Shown here piece by piece: positions 1-11,919 of a stretch of 64,000 nucleotides of DNA. The stretch spans positions 1 through 64,000 of the forward strand of contig QPGO01000058.1 of the NCBI GenBank assembly GCA_008632985.1. Reading direction: 5' to 3'. A model generated the notes under the pieces. It did no database searches. It had not been told where the DNA came from and saw only the letters and a list, made by a program, of their open reading frames with translations. Position 1 is the first letter of the stretch; each line of letters opens with the position of its first letter. Source of the stretch: Psammoneis japonica. Lineage: Eukaryota. The position numbers and the translations under genes are program-made.

Positions 1-106
1 GTTTGAGAGCACAAAACGCGCACCACATGGCGCACACAGTGCACAGTCGTGCACACGCTGGTTTGGCCTTTCTTGGAGATTTTTTTTTTGTTGTTTTAGG
101 CCAGGC

Positions 107-450
107 TGTTGAACAGACAAGTCAATGTCACCAAAAGGGAATCCTCTGAGGTTTCCTGTGCTGCTCATTGCACTTGTCCTGGTTGCCATTCTTGCAATGT
201 AAAAGGGCACCTCAACCTGCTGATGGTGCACCAGCTGACGCGCGTGCAACTCTCGCACAAACCAGACGCATGGCTCACTCTAAAGAGTGAGAGCCGCTGC
301 AAAAAGAAGGTTGGAAGGACTGGCAACAAATGCCCACTCATTTCCAATGTGTCATCCAGCTAACCATGTCAGGATCCAAAGCACCCTCTCTTCAGCAGAT
401 GTGGTGCTTCCAGGTCTCCTGTGGCTCCCACTCTCGTCCAGAGATGCTTG
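107..450. repeat. LTR-like direct repeat (left copy), similar to 6535-6885
   Basis: 107-185 'tgttgaac...agtcaatgtcaccaaaaggga.tcctc..aggtttcctgtgc..ctcattgcacttgtcctggttg' recurs at 6535-6610. 340-450 recurs at ~6783-6885. Both begin TGTTG (reads ...CAACA on the element strand). True LTR length is unresolved. Confidence 0.6.
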
Positions 451-3400
451 AACACAATCCTGCTGCTGCTGCTGTCGATGTGTCAGGGCTTGTTCCTCAC
501 ATGCTGGAGCTGTCCCATCAGGTGTCTCTGCATTGAACTCATTGACTCAATCTTTTTGTTCATCATCTTTCAACTTGGGAAAATGCGACATCTTGTTGAG
601 CACGTCTGTGACATCTCGATCACATTCCATGAACTCACAAAACGAGGATGACACACACGATGCACAGCAATTCTGTGCCACTGAGTTCTTGTCATTGCAA
701 CCAACCAATCTGCAACCACAATCCAACCATTGATCACTTTGAGATCTGACACAAAGAATCCCATCTTTGCTCTCTGGTCCACTTTAAATGGGACCTTGGC
801 TTGACAATGTCGCGACCGAAAAATGTTGCTGGCTTGCATGCATCCAAAAGACAAACCCATCTTTGTCTCACACCAGTCCATGATGGACCATGTCACACTC
901 ATTCTCCTTTGAATTGAGCTTCACAAGCAGGTCAAAAACACCCTTGCTGTTCTGCCACATTTGGGACAGCTGACTCTTGACTCATCAGCAGTGTGATGAC
1001 ATCTCATCTGCCCAGTGCAAGTTGAAGGTTCTGGATCTGGCAACGCATTGATCCAGCAAACTCATCTTGAGCTTGTCATTCTCTTCACAGTTTTAGCAAA
1101 CATGTCTGGCCTTGTAATTTTTCATCAAAACAAAACATTTGCCAGCACTCACTGGTCTTGTGCGCATTCCTTCCGTGCATCTTGGCTTCTCCCATGACAC
1201 TCTCATCATCATGTGTGGAGAACATCAGCACAGCAGCAGACACACACCTCAGCTGACTGTGTGCCCAATGCCTCACTGTGCTTTCATAAAACTCTTTCAT
1301 GGTGCAATGTGTCTTTGCCTCCACAATTCCTCCCACACTGACTCAAGTCTCTCAATCTCCACATGCAGCACATTCTCTCTGCCCATGTTCTTTCTTTTGT
1401 CTGCACCTGTCATCAATTGATGTGAGTCAGCAGCATCCCATCTTGTGTGTGGGTCAATGCATGGTGACATCCTTCTGCTTGCCAACCACTCCACATGAGC
1501 TCATCTGATGTAGAGCTGAAACCTCCTGCTGCTCTCTGCAATGGGTGCTCTGGGTGCGGGTTTGTTGCACTCAGCACCCTGCTCATTGGCGGTCCCATTG
1601 GGTGGATTCTTTGTCTCTCAAAGAACTTTGGCCAGCAGTTGCCAGGCCATTTCTGTTCCATGGGCTCAAACCATGCAGCACTGGCATGGATCTCATTGAC
1701 AATGCACTCTTCCACAATTGTTGTTCTTTTGGCACAAATTATGTGCACAGGTCTCAGGGCTCTCCTCTCACCTCATGTTTGTGTTGAATGTTGAGCTGTC
1801 AGGGATCTTTCACCCACATGCATCAGAACTCTCATTTGACATCACAAAGAGCAGGTCTCACACCTGTTGTGCTTGAAATTGGCAGCCCACAACAGCTTCT
1901 TTAAACTTTCAGAGCTTCTTTCTTTGTGATGGCTTGGTCATGAAGTCTCCTGGCATGTCATTGGCAGGACAGCATTGCACTGGCAAGTTGCCCTTCTCAA
2001 TCTCATTGGCAACAAAGAAGTGGCAAATGTTGAGTGCTTGTGATTGCTTGCCAGCACTCTTTTGTGCCCATCAGTCTCCAGTGGGATCATGGCACTCTTG
2101 TTGTCCTGGCACAGGATGTTCTTGTTGATTGGATTTTCTTGGTGCTCCATGAGCAGCTTGGTCTGCAGTGTCATGGTCATGGCATTGTCAACTCCAACAA
2201 GTTCAGCTTCTGTGCTGCTTTGGGCATTGAGCTTCTGGTGCTTCAAGGTGGCCTGCACTGCTCCGTCACCCACAGTTGTGACTCCTCCAGCAAGACTCTT
2301 GAAACTGGGATGTGCTGCAAATGATGTGTCCACATGCCACTTGACAACTCAGAGGCCCTTCATGCTCAATGCAGTGACTTTGTTTCTTGTCCAATTCAGA
2401 CACTTGAGACAATGGACGACCAGCTTCCTCCAGCCCTTGTTGGCAGGAGCTCTCACTTGTGTGCACAATGTGGTGACAGTGGGGCACATGTTTGTCTGGT
2501 CTCTCATGGACAGGAACAATCCCTTGGCCACCCATGCATGGAAGGTCTGAGCCTTTTTGTCTGATGATCTTGTTCCACAGGTGTCAAATGTCTTCTCTCC
2601 ACAGAATCCATGCTCTTTGTCTTTTCCAGAGACTCATCAATCATCTTTTGAACACAGCCTGCCATGTCAGCTTTCACTTTTTCTTTCTGACCAAAGTCCA
2701 GGGACATGCCAAGACAATCATGTCTCTTCCCTCACATGCAGCAATGGCTTCACCATGGCTGCCACACATCTTGTTTGGCCAGCTCAGGAACTCATCATTT
2801 GCTTTTGGGTTCTTGTGACTTGGCAACAGGTTGTCCACATGAAATTGAATCATGTGCTGCTTGTCATTGACAGCACAATTGGCAATGCAGGGGTTGCATG
2901 GGTCAAGATTAAATCCCATCTTCTCCAAGTCTTTTTGATGCTTGTTGCACCACAGAGCAGAGCCACAAGTGGCACGCTGCAAATGGCTCCAATGACTTGC
3001 ATGCAGGTGACTCTCTTGCCTTCTCAGGGACCACATGAGGTCTGCACAGGTTGGGATCAATGCTCACAAGCATGTCCACAATCTTTCATGGGCATCAACA
3101 ATCTCACAGTCATGAGTGTCCCCTCCTGGGATGCAGCGGGGCTGGCTGACTTGTCTTTGTCCAGCCATTCTTGGGTCAGCTTGCATCAAGGCTGCCATGG
3201 CCTTGGTCCTTTCAGTTGGGGTCATGTCCTTGACCAATGTTGGTGCAAAGCACACTTGGTCATGAATTTGTTTGATTTCTTTCTGCAAGGCATCATGCCC
3301 CTTTTGGCCAAACACTTTGAGACCTTCTTGGAGCAAATGTTTCTGGACAGAACTTGTGCTGTTTCCACTTTGGAGTGGGTCATCAATGTCACACATGAAG

Positions 3401-4253
3401 TGTGCAAGTGCCATTGCTGTCTCTGCTTTACATTCAATGTCGTCCCTCAGATTGGGGCTCATGTTGGCATGCAAATGGTGTGGCAGGACTCAAGCTTGCA
3501 TTGCTTCTTTGCCATCTTTCCAATTTCTGTCACTCCTGCAAAGCAAACTTTCTTTTCTCTGTGTCTCTGTGATGTCATGTTGAAGGATGTTTTGCTTCTT
3601 TTTGTCACTCCACCGGGCATGGCTCTTGCTTCTTCCTCCAATCATTGTCCTTCCCATTTGTTGTCATCCTGGGAATTGTTGTCTTCTCCACACTCTTCAT
3701 TGTTGCAGTTTTCATTCTGTTTGGCTTCTTGCTCCTTGTGAGCTCAGTGCTGTTGGTTGCCACTGGACCTTTCATTGGCCAGCATTTTGTTTGCTTCTTT
3801 GCATTCATCATCATCTGAGTCAGGTTTCTCCATGCAGTGTTTGGCTTCTGACTCAACTGCGCAGTTTGTGTCATTTTTGCTGTCATCATTTTTGCTTTTG
3901 CAGTCTTGTCATCTTTGTTGTTGAACTGTCACTTTCATGTTTGCTGTTGTCCACTTGCCCTGCAGTCCAATCAACATTGCGCAGCTCATCTCCACATTTC
4001 CCTGTGAACTTGAGATCCTTGATGCCTTGTTGCATGGCCATCTCCTTGACAGCCACAACATGTGTGTCAGTTGAGGGTGCCAAGGTGCACTTCTTGCACA
4101 GGTTCAATGTCTTCCCCATGCACAGGTTCGCAGCACAGCAACTGCCCTTGGGTGAGTCAAAATGTGGTTGCAAGCAGATGCTGCCTGTCAACACCATGCA
4201 CTCCCACAGTGTTCATCTCATCATTCTTGATGTGGGAAATGACAAGTTTCCCA

Positions 4254-4941
4254 AACTCAAGCTGAAAATTTTGCAGTTGCAGTTTCTTTGTTGTGCAATG
4301 GCATGTGGACTGCAAGTGTCAGAAATCTCTTCCTTTTGCAGGTGCGTGTTCAACATGACAGTGTTCTTCATCACAGCTTGTTTGCACATCAGCCTGGGTG
4401 TTGTCTTGTGCAGCATGTGATGGTGGGTGGTGGCTGAGGATTGCTTCTTGATGGTCTGCGAGCTTTGCTCAACTCTGGGAGGGAACTCAAGCTGAAAATT
4501 TTGCAGTTGCAGTTTCTTTGTTGTGCAATGGCATGTGGACTGCAAGTGTCAGAAATCTCTTCCTTTTGCAGGTGCGTGTTCAACATGACAGTGTTCTTCA
4601 TCACAGCTTGTTTGCACATCAGCCTGGGTGTTGTCTTGTGCAGCATGTGATGGTGGGTGGTGGCTGAGGATTGCTTCTTGATGGTCTGCGAGCTTTGCTC
4701 ACTCTGGGAGGGAACTCAAGCTGAAAATTTTGCAGTTGCAGTTTCTTTGTTGTGCAATGGCATGTGGACTGCAAGTGTCAGAAAAATCTCTTCCTTTTGC
4801 AGGTGTGTGTTCAACATGACAGTGTTCTTCATCACAGCTTGTTTGCACATCAGCCTGGGTGTTGTCTTGTGCAGCATGTGATGGTGGGTGGTGGCTGAGG
4901 ATTGCTTCTTGATGGTCTGGGAGCTTTGCTCAACTCTGGGA
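4254..4941. repeat. Near-perfect tandem triplication (~230 bp unit) inside the Copia integrase region
   Basis: Unit 'aactcaagctgaaaattttgcag...caactctggga' starts at 4254, 4484 and 4713. Confidence 0.95.
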
Positions 4942-6534
4942 ACATGGTCTTTGGCATTCACATGGATTGGCTCTAGATTCACACCATCCACAACTTCTGC
5001 AAGCATGTCCTTGAACTTGGGATTGCACTCAACAAAGTCTGTCTTTAACAGGGCCATGTTGTGCCATCAGAGAGTCATGTCCAAGGCTTTGCACATGTCT
5101 TCATGCTTCTTGGAATTCAGTCTCACACTCGATTGGTGCTTGATTGTTTTGTCAATTGTGCACAGTGTCTTGACACTGCACACTTCTACATTGTCAATGC
5201 AGAGGGTCATGTCTTCTCTCTGCTTCTTGCAGATCTCAGGTGGAATGGCAATGACATCATTCCTCTCACAGGAACAGTGCACATGCTTGGTCTTGCCTTT
5301 TGGTGCATCTGTCGGTGGACCTCACATGGCCACCATTCTGTCCACATCTTCAGGTGGGATGGACAGGTTTTTTGCCTGATTAGATTGCAGGAACAGCTTG
5401 AAATTCCTTTGCACTGGGTGTTCCAGCCTCTCAGTGTGGTCTCAATGCTTCCTCAGCATTCACTGCCTCTTGTTTGGAGCAGCCTTTCATGCTCTGTTTC
5501 ACAGTTGGAACAACAGTTCCTGATGCACTCCTGTGCTTCTTGTTGGTCTTCTTTGCAACCTTCTTGTCCTTCAACAGCATCATGCTCACATGTGACTCAT
5601 CTTGTTGGAGCTCTTTTGCATGATCAAAGAATTGCCAGCTTGGCACAAGTGCAAAGGCACACAGTCCAATGTCGTTGACTTTGAACACCATGACAGCATT
5701 CTTGATTAATCCAACCAACATCTTCTTGCTGTTGAGACCTTTGCTTGTTGCATCCTGTTGATTCTTAATCTGGATGGGTGGTCATTCAATGACTTGTCTT
5801 CCAATTGCTTTGCTTCCAGCATGTGGAATGGGTGTTGACCTCTCATGGAGTTAAACATGAGTGACTGGATCAGCTTCAGCAGTTTGAACAGGTCATCTCT
5901 GATCCCCGCACAACTGGGATTGGTCTGCACTCTCTGCTTCATTGGCTTGGCACAGCAATCATCTGGGATTGCTGCAAATGCAGTGCTCTTGTTCTCTTTG
6001 AGCTTCTTGATTTTCTCATTGCAGCCATGTAACTTGATCTTGCACTCTTGTTCCAGTTGCCTTTCTTCTCTTGCCCTTTTGTCTTTCAGGGTCTGGTGGT
6101 CTTTGTCTGAGCTTTCTGGTGCTTCTGTCATTGCCTTTGCTGGTGTTGGGCTCTTGCTGGCAAACTTCATGCATTTCATGTCTTCTGGGGACCTTGCCAG
6201 ATGCATGCCCTGGTCACAGTCCTTCTGTGTGTGGTTGTCAATTTTCTCCTTGACCTCTTTGAATGTTGCATTGCAGGAGTTTGCTGTTCATCAATGCATG
6301 GATGAAACCTCATTTCTGGCCTGAAGCTCTTCTTGGGGCTGGTCTTCTTGATCTTGTTTCAGCAAGACTTCTGGCCTCTGCCACCCCTGCCTTGATTGCA
6401 CAATTGCATCCTCAGCCTCCAGTGCTTCCTCCTCCTCTGCCACCAACAATGCAGGTTTTCTGTTTCTGATGATTGAACAGAGGTCAGTGCCACATCATGC
6501 ACCAAACGCAGTGAGTGTGACTCTGTGGAGTGAA

Positions 6535-6885
6535 TGTTGAACCAAGTCAATGTCACCAAAAGGGAGTCCTCCAAGGTTTCCTGTGCCACTCATTGCACTT
6601 GTCCTGGTTGATGTGGCAGCTGTGATTTACCTGGTGGAAGCTCTCAACAAGTTTGTTCTTGCAGCGCAAACAGCACTGCAGACACAGGTCTCCACAACAC
6701 AATTTGTGCAAGCCAGATGATTCACTCCAAAGAGGGAGCTAAAAACAACGTTGATGAGATTGACGACAATTGCACATTCATTTTCAAAGTGTCATCCAGC
6801 CCACTGCATCAGGATCCAAAGCATCTGCTCTTCAACAGATGTGCTTCCAGGTCCATCACATTCCCCACTGCTTGTCCAGATGCTG
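6535..6885. repeat. LTR-like direct repeat (right copy; 5' LTR end of the minus-strand Copia)
   Basis: Matches 107-450 in two blocks and lies just upstream of the gag-like region on the minus strand. Confidence 0.6.
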
Positions 6886-7661
6886 CAAGACAGGCAGGCA
6901 TGCCAGCACTGCCTGAGCCAAGGACGACTCTCCCTCTGCCATGCTGCACCCAGTCTCCTCTCAGCCATGGGCTCTTTCACTTTGAGGTGGGCATGTGCCA
7001 CACAGCACAGCACATCACAATGCAACTCTGGTGGGGGCAGGGGCCGTGGAAAAGGTGCAAGAATGTTTGACATGGGTGCACATGAGATGCTCACAAATGA
7101 ACACATGCAGCCTTTGGTCATCTCATGTGCTCTTCCTCTGGCAACAAGGTGTGTGGGGGGCAACAAGTGGGGGACAAGTCAGCTGGGCCAGATCTGCAGC
7201 TCTGTGGAGTGCTGCAACCCCGGCAAGTGCAGAGAGACATTGCTCTCCAGCACACTGTGCAAAAAACAAAGTTTTGGAGGTGGGAGGGCATTTTTGGCTT
7301 TGCAGACTGTTCCTGATTTTGGGTTGCCACAGCTGGCCACAGCATGTGCTGCAAACAGCTGTCCAGAGCGAGGCTGTCTTCCAGCTGCACCACTTCCTCT
7401 CACTGTGCCTGGGCATTCTGCCACATGTCCTGGCTCCTTGCTGAGAATTTCTCTCATGCACTTGGTGGGAAAAACAAGCTCTCCTTTGCACAGACTTTCC
7501 CACACAAATTGACATCCAGCAGAGATTTGCCAATTTTGATTGTCCATTTGAGAGAGAGAGAGGCTGCCTTGATTTGAACCCATTCAAATCAAATGGTCTG
7601 TCTGCCCCACAGCAACAAACACTCAGACGACAACACTCACCACATGTTAACAACAACATCC

Positions 7662-7707
7662 GGCCACTGTTGAAGCCACCATGAATGTCTCACTCCTGAC
7701 TTCAGCC
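7662..7707 (+). ncRNA. Highly degenerate hammerhead ribozyme copy
   Basis: GGCCA-CTGTTGA-AGCCACCAT-GAAT-GTC...GAC-TT-CAGCC; homologous position in the repeat module. Confidence 0.4.
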
Positions 7708-8230
7708 AATGTTGTTGTGCCTGCCATTGCTTCTGAATGGTTTGACAAATGTCTGAAGTGCAGCCATTCATGTGCTCAGATCCCAATGACACCAAATTAA
7801 GGATGAAACCACTGCACCTTTGACTTCTTGCCCGAGGCCACAAGCCCAGCAAACTGCAGCCACTTTTTCATAAAAAGCACATGGTCTCATCTTTGGTGAC
7901 ACTGCAAGAGCACCAACACCCCAAGACAACCCTCCAATCTTTCCACATGTGCCATTTCACCCAAATGATCTGCCATCCAGTGAATTGCAAAAACTTTGGA
8001 AGGGAACCACAACCCAGGCACCCAGCCTGCTCACCACCACTCTCCCAGCTCTGCAATCATGCCTGCCAGCACATTGGACTTGACTGCATGATCATCTGCT
8101 GCAGTCACTCATGCAACCTTGGCAACCTCTTTTGTTGTGCCACAACCTTTGCATCTCAACCCCCCCAGTTTTGTCCCACCGGATTGCAAACAGAAAGGCC
8201 GCTGAGAGAGAGAGAGAGAGAGAGAGAAAG

Positions 8231-8271
<41 letters not shown>

Positions 8272-9742
8272 CAGCAAGAGACTCCTCAGTGACTGGCTCA
8301 CTGCATGCAAAGCTTGCATCACTCCAATGGAATGTGAGCACATCAAACACTGTTTTGAACAAACTGACAAAGACCCGTTTCCTGTCTTCTGCCTCACTTT
8401 AAAGGTGCACAAGCCCCGCCACTGCAATCTTGGCCAATCGCACCCACCAGTGGCAGCCTGCTCTGTGGCTTGGGCATCTGGGTAGACAACAAGCTCCAGA
8501 AGATTGCTCACTGCCAACAATCACACTTCAAGAGCTCCCTGGACCTGAAACAAGCACTCGTCCAAATGGAAACACCACCGAATTGCCTGCTCTTTGTGTC
8601 TGATGCTGAGGCCTGTCACTTTAACATGCCCACCAACAAAGCGCTCCAACTGATTGCTTCCCATCTTCAACATCACATGAACAACTGCAATGATGTGCCA
8701 ATGGAAGCCCTCATCAAAGCACTCCAAATTGCAATGAACAACAATGCATTCACATTTGGAGACACTGCCTGGCACCAGTGCAATGGAACCGCCATCATGG
8801 GCACACCACCTGCCCCTCCATGCACCACCTTGTGCCACACACTTCACAAAGACATGCTCCTGGAGGAGTTTGGCTCCCAGCTTTTTCACTGCAAATGATT
8901 TGTTGATGACGTCTTTGGCACCTGGCACATCACCAACACCAACACCGACAATGCCACCTGGGAAGCATTCACCTCCAGGCTCAATGACTTTCACATCACC
9001 TGGATCACAAGTGCCCGAAGAGCCATCAAGTTGACTTCATGGACCTTAAAATCTCACTCCAAGGCTCCCACCTTCACACTGCCCTTTTATGAAAAAGAAA
9101 TGAATCCACACGTGCACATTCCACCCCACTCAGATCACCTGCCGGAGTGCTCACACTGGCCCAATCATGGGCATGCCCTTTTGCTTCAAAAATCTTTGCT
9201 CCAACATTGCCAACACAAAGGCAAAAATGAGACTGCTCCACCTTTGACTACAAGCTGGAGGCCACAAGCCTGGCAAACTACAACCACTCTTCCGAAAGGC
9301 ACACGACCTCATTTTTGGAAATTCTGCCAGAACAACACTGGAACACAAGTCGAATCCCATCTTCCTGCACATCCCTCATCACCCAAATGACCATCCAGTG
9401 AATTGCAGAAGATTTGGAAATGTGCAATGGCCACTCCTCCCTGCTCACAACCCCTCTCTAACCTGCAAAACTGAGCCAGACAATGCATCAGCCTTGAACG
9501 CATGATTGCGTGCCACACCAGCCACTCACACAACCTCGGAAACACCTTCTTTCTCACCGCAAACTTTGCACCTCCCAAGGCCCCCCTGTTTTGTCCTGCT
9601 GGATTGCAAACAGGGCAGCCCCTGAGAGACAAAGAGAGACAGAGAGATGGAGATTGAATTCGAATTGATCCAATCAACTTGTCCACCCTCCTTTGGATCT
9701 TTTCAATGCAACAACCCCAGCCCCATGTTAACAACAGCAGCC

Positions 9743-9790
9743 TGCCGCTGATGAAGCCACCACAAAAGTCTTGTTCTCCTGACTTTGGCC
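9743..9790 (+). ncRNA. Degenerate hammerhead ribozyme copy
   Basis: TGCCG-CTGATGA-AGCCACCAC-AAAA-GTC...GAC-TT-TGGCC. Confidence 0.5.
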
Positions 9791-10058
9791 AACACCATTG
9801 TGCCTGCCATTTGCTGAAATGGTTGGACAAACATCCAATTGAGCAGTTCCACCTCAGCCACTTGTGTCATTTGTTTGTCACATTTGATGGAAAATTGGCT
9901 TCACCAATTTTGGTTGTTTGTTCAAGAGAGAGAGACAGACAGAGAGAGAAACAGTGTGGCAAATTGATTTGAAAAAGCAATCAATCAAGTCCACCCATCT
10001 GTCCTCCACCACTTGGATTTTTTGTGCAACAACCTCAACCACGTGAACAACAACAGGC

Positions 10059-10104
10059 AGCCACTGATGAAGCCACAGCAAAAGCCTCACTCCTGACTTT
10101 GGCC
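10059..10104 (+). ncRNA. Degenerate hammerhead ribozyme copy (CGAAA>CAAAA)
   Basis: AGCCA-CTGATGA-AGCCACAGC-AAAA-GCC...GAC-TT-TGGCC. Confidence 0.5.
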
Positions 10105-10920
10105 AATGTTGTTGTGTCTGCTGTTTGTAGAAAAAGTTGAACAAATGTCCAATTAAGTGGCTCCACCTTGGCTGCTTGCATCACTTGTTTGTTGCAAATG
10201 ATTTGTTGATGACATCTTTGGCATTTGGCACATCACCAACACCGCCACCAACGCTGCCACCTGGGAAGCATTTGCCTCCAGGCTTGACAACTTTGACATT
10301 GCCTGGATCACAAGCACCACCTGAAGCTGCCAAGTTAACTGCATGGACCTCACAATCTCACTCCAAGACTCCCACCTTCACACTGCCCTTTACAAAAAAG
10401 AAATGAATCTGCACATGTGCATCCCACCTCACTCAGCCCACCCGCCTGGAGCACCCACTGGCCCAATCATGGGCATGCTCTTCCACTTCAAAAATCTTTG
10501 CTCTGACACCACCAACGCAAAAGAGGAAATGAGACTGCTCCACATTCAACTGCAAGCCCGAGGCTGCAAGCCCAGCAAACTGCAACTGCTCTTCCAAAAG
10601 GCACACGACCTCATCTTTGGAAATGGAACCAGAACAACACTGGAACACCAGTCAAATTCCATCTTCCTGCACATCCCCTGTCACCCAAATGATCCACCAT
10701 TGAGTGAATTGCAGAAGCTTTGGAAAGGTGCAATGGCCACCCCTCCCCACTCACAACCCCTCTCAAACCTTCCAAATTACGCTCAACAACGCATTGGCCT
10801 TGACCGCAGGATTGCACACCACAGCCGCTTGCACAACCTTGGAAACCTTCTTTCTTGCCACAAACTTTGCACCTCCCAAGCCCTCCAGTTCCATCCTGCC
10901 AAATTACAAACAGGGCAGCC

Positions 10921-10977
<57 letters not shown>

Positions 10978-11080
10978 GACAGAGAGATGGCAATTGAACT
11001 TGAATTGTCCCAATCAACTGGTCCATCCTCCTTTGCATCTTTTTAATGCAACAACCTCAACAATGTGAACAACAGCAGCC

Positions 11081-11128
11081 AGCCGCTGAAGAAGCCACTG
11101 CAAAAGTCTCATTTTCCTGACTTTGGCC
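11081..11128 (+). ncRNA. Degenerate hammerhead ribozyme copy (CGAAA>CAAAA)
   Basis: AGCCG-CTGAAGA-AGCCACTGC-AAAA-GTC...GAC-TT-TGGCC. Confidence 0.5.
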
Positions 11129-11254
11129 AATGTTGTTGTGCACGCCATTCACTGAAACAGTTGGATGAATGTCAGATTGAGCAGCTCTGCCTTGGCCACT
11201 TGTGTCATTTGTTTGTCACATTTGATGGAAAATTGGCTTTGCCAAGTTTGATTG

Positions 11255-11299
<45 letters not shown>

Positions 11300-11411
11300 A
11301 ACAGCACGGTGAGTTGATTTGAAAAAAGCAATCAATCAAGTCCACCTGTCTGTCCCCCACCACTTGGATCTTTTTAACACAACAACCTCAACCACATGAA
11401 CAACAACAGCC

Positions 11412-11457
11412 GGCCACTGATGAAGCAACTGGGAAAGTCTCACTCCTGACTTCAGCC
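11412..11457 (+). ncRNA. Hammerhead ribozyme motif copy (core intact, stem II mutated)
   Basis: GGCCA-CTGATGA-AGCAACTGG-GAAA-GTC...GAC-TT-CAGCC. Confidence 0.6.
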
Positions 11458-11569
11458 AGCATTGTTGTGCCTGCTGTTTGTCAAAACAGTTGGACAAATG
11501 TCCAAACCAGCAGCTTTGCCTCAGCTGCTGGTGTCATCTGTTTGTCACATTTGACAGAGAATCAGTTTG

Positions 11570-11607
<38 letters not shown>

Positions 11608-11717
11608 CAAGACATGAGCTGATTTGAAAAAACAATCAATCCAACAATCTTGCCTGTCCTCCTCCACCATTTGGATCTTTCAATGCAACAACCTCAACCA
11701 CGTTAACAACAGCAGCT

Positions 11718-11763
11718 GACCACTGATGAAGCCACTGCAAAAGTTCCACTCCTGACTTTGGCC
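11718..11763 (+). ncRNA. Degenerate hammerhead ribozyme copy (CGAAA>CAAAA)
   Basis: GACCA-CTGATGA-AGCCACTGC-AAAA-GTT...GAC-TT-TGGCC. Confidence 0.5.
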
Positions 11764-11869
11764 AATGTTGTTGTGCCTGCCATTTGCCAAATGGTTGGAC
11801 AAACATCCAAACTGGCAGCTCCTGCCTTGGCCACTTGCATTCTTGTCAGCAAAATTTGATGGAATTGTT

Positions 11870-11919
<50 letters not shown>

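Larger units (their letters stand above)
107..6890 (-). mobile_element. Degenerate Ty1/Copia (CoDi-like) LTR retrotransposon: gag ~5706-6300, integrase ~3900-5300, RT ~2350-3470, RNase H ~1885-2333
   Basis: Minus-strand fragments match Copia pol motifs: 'KQKLNAQSSTEAELVGVDNA...QDNKSAM' and 'CCPANDMPGDFMTKP' (RNase H), 'GFNLDPCNPCIAN...MIQFHVDNL' (RT), 'AKDHVPRVEQSSQTIKK' (integrase). Domain order gag-IN-RT-RH is Copia. Many frameshifts and stops. Confidence 0.85.
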
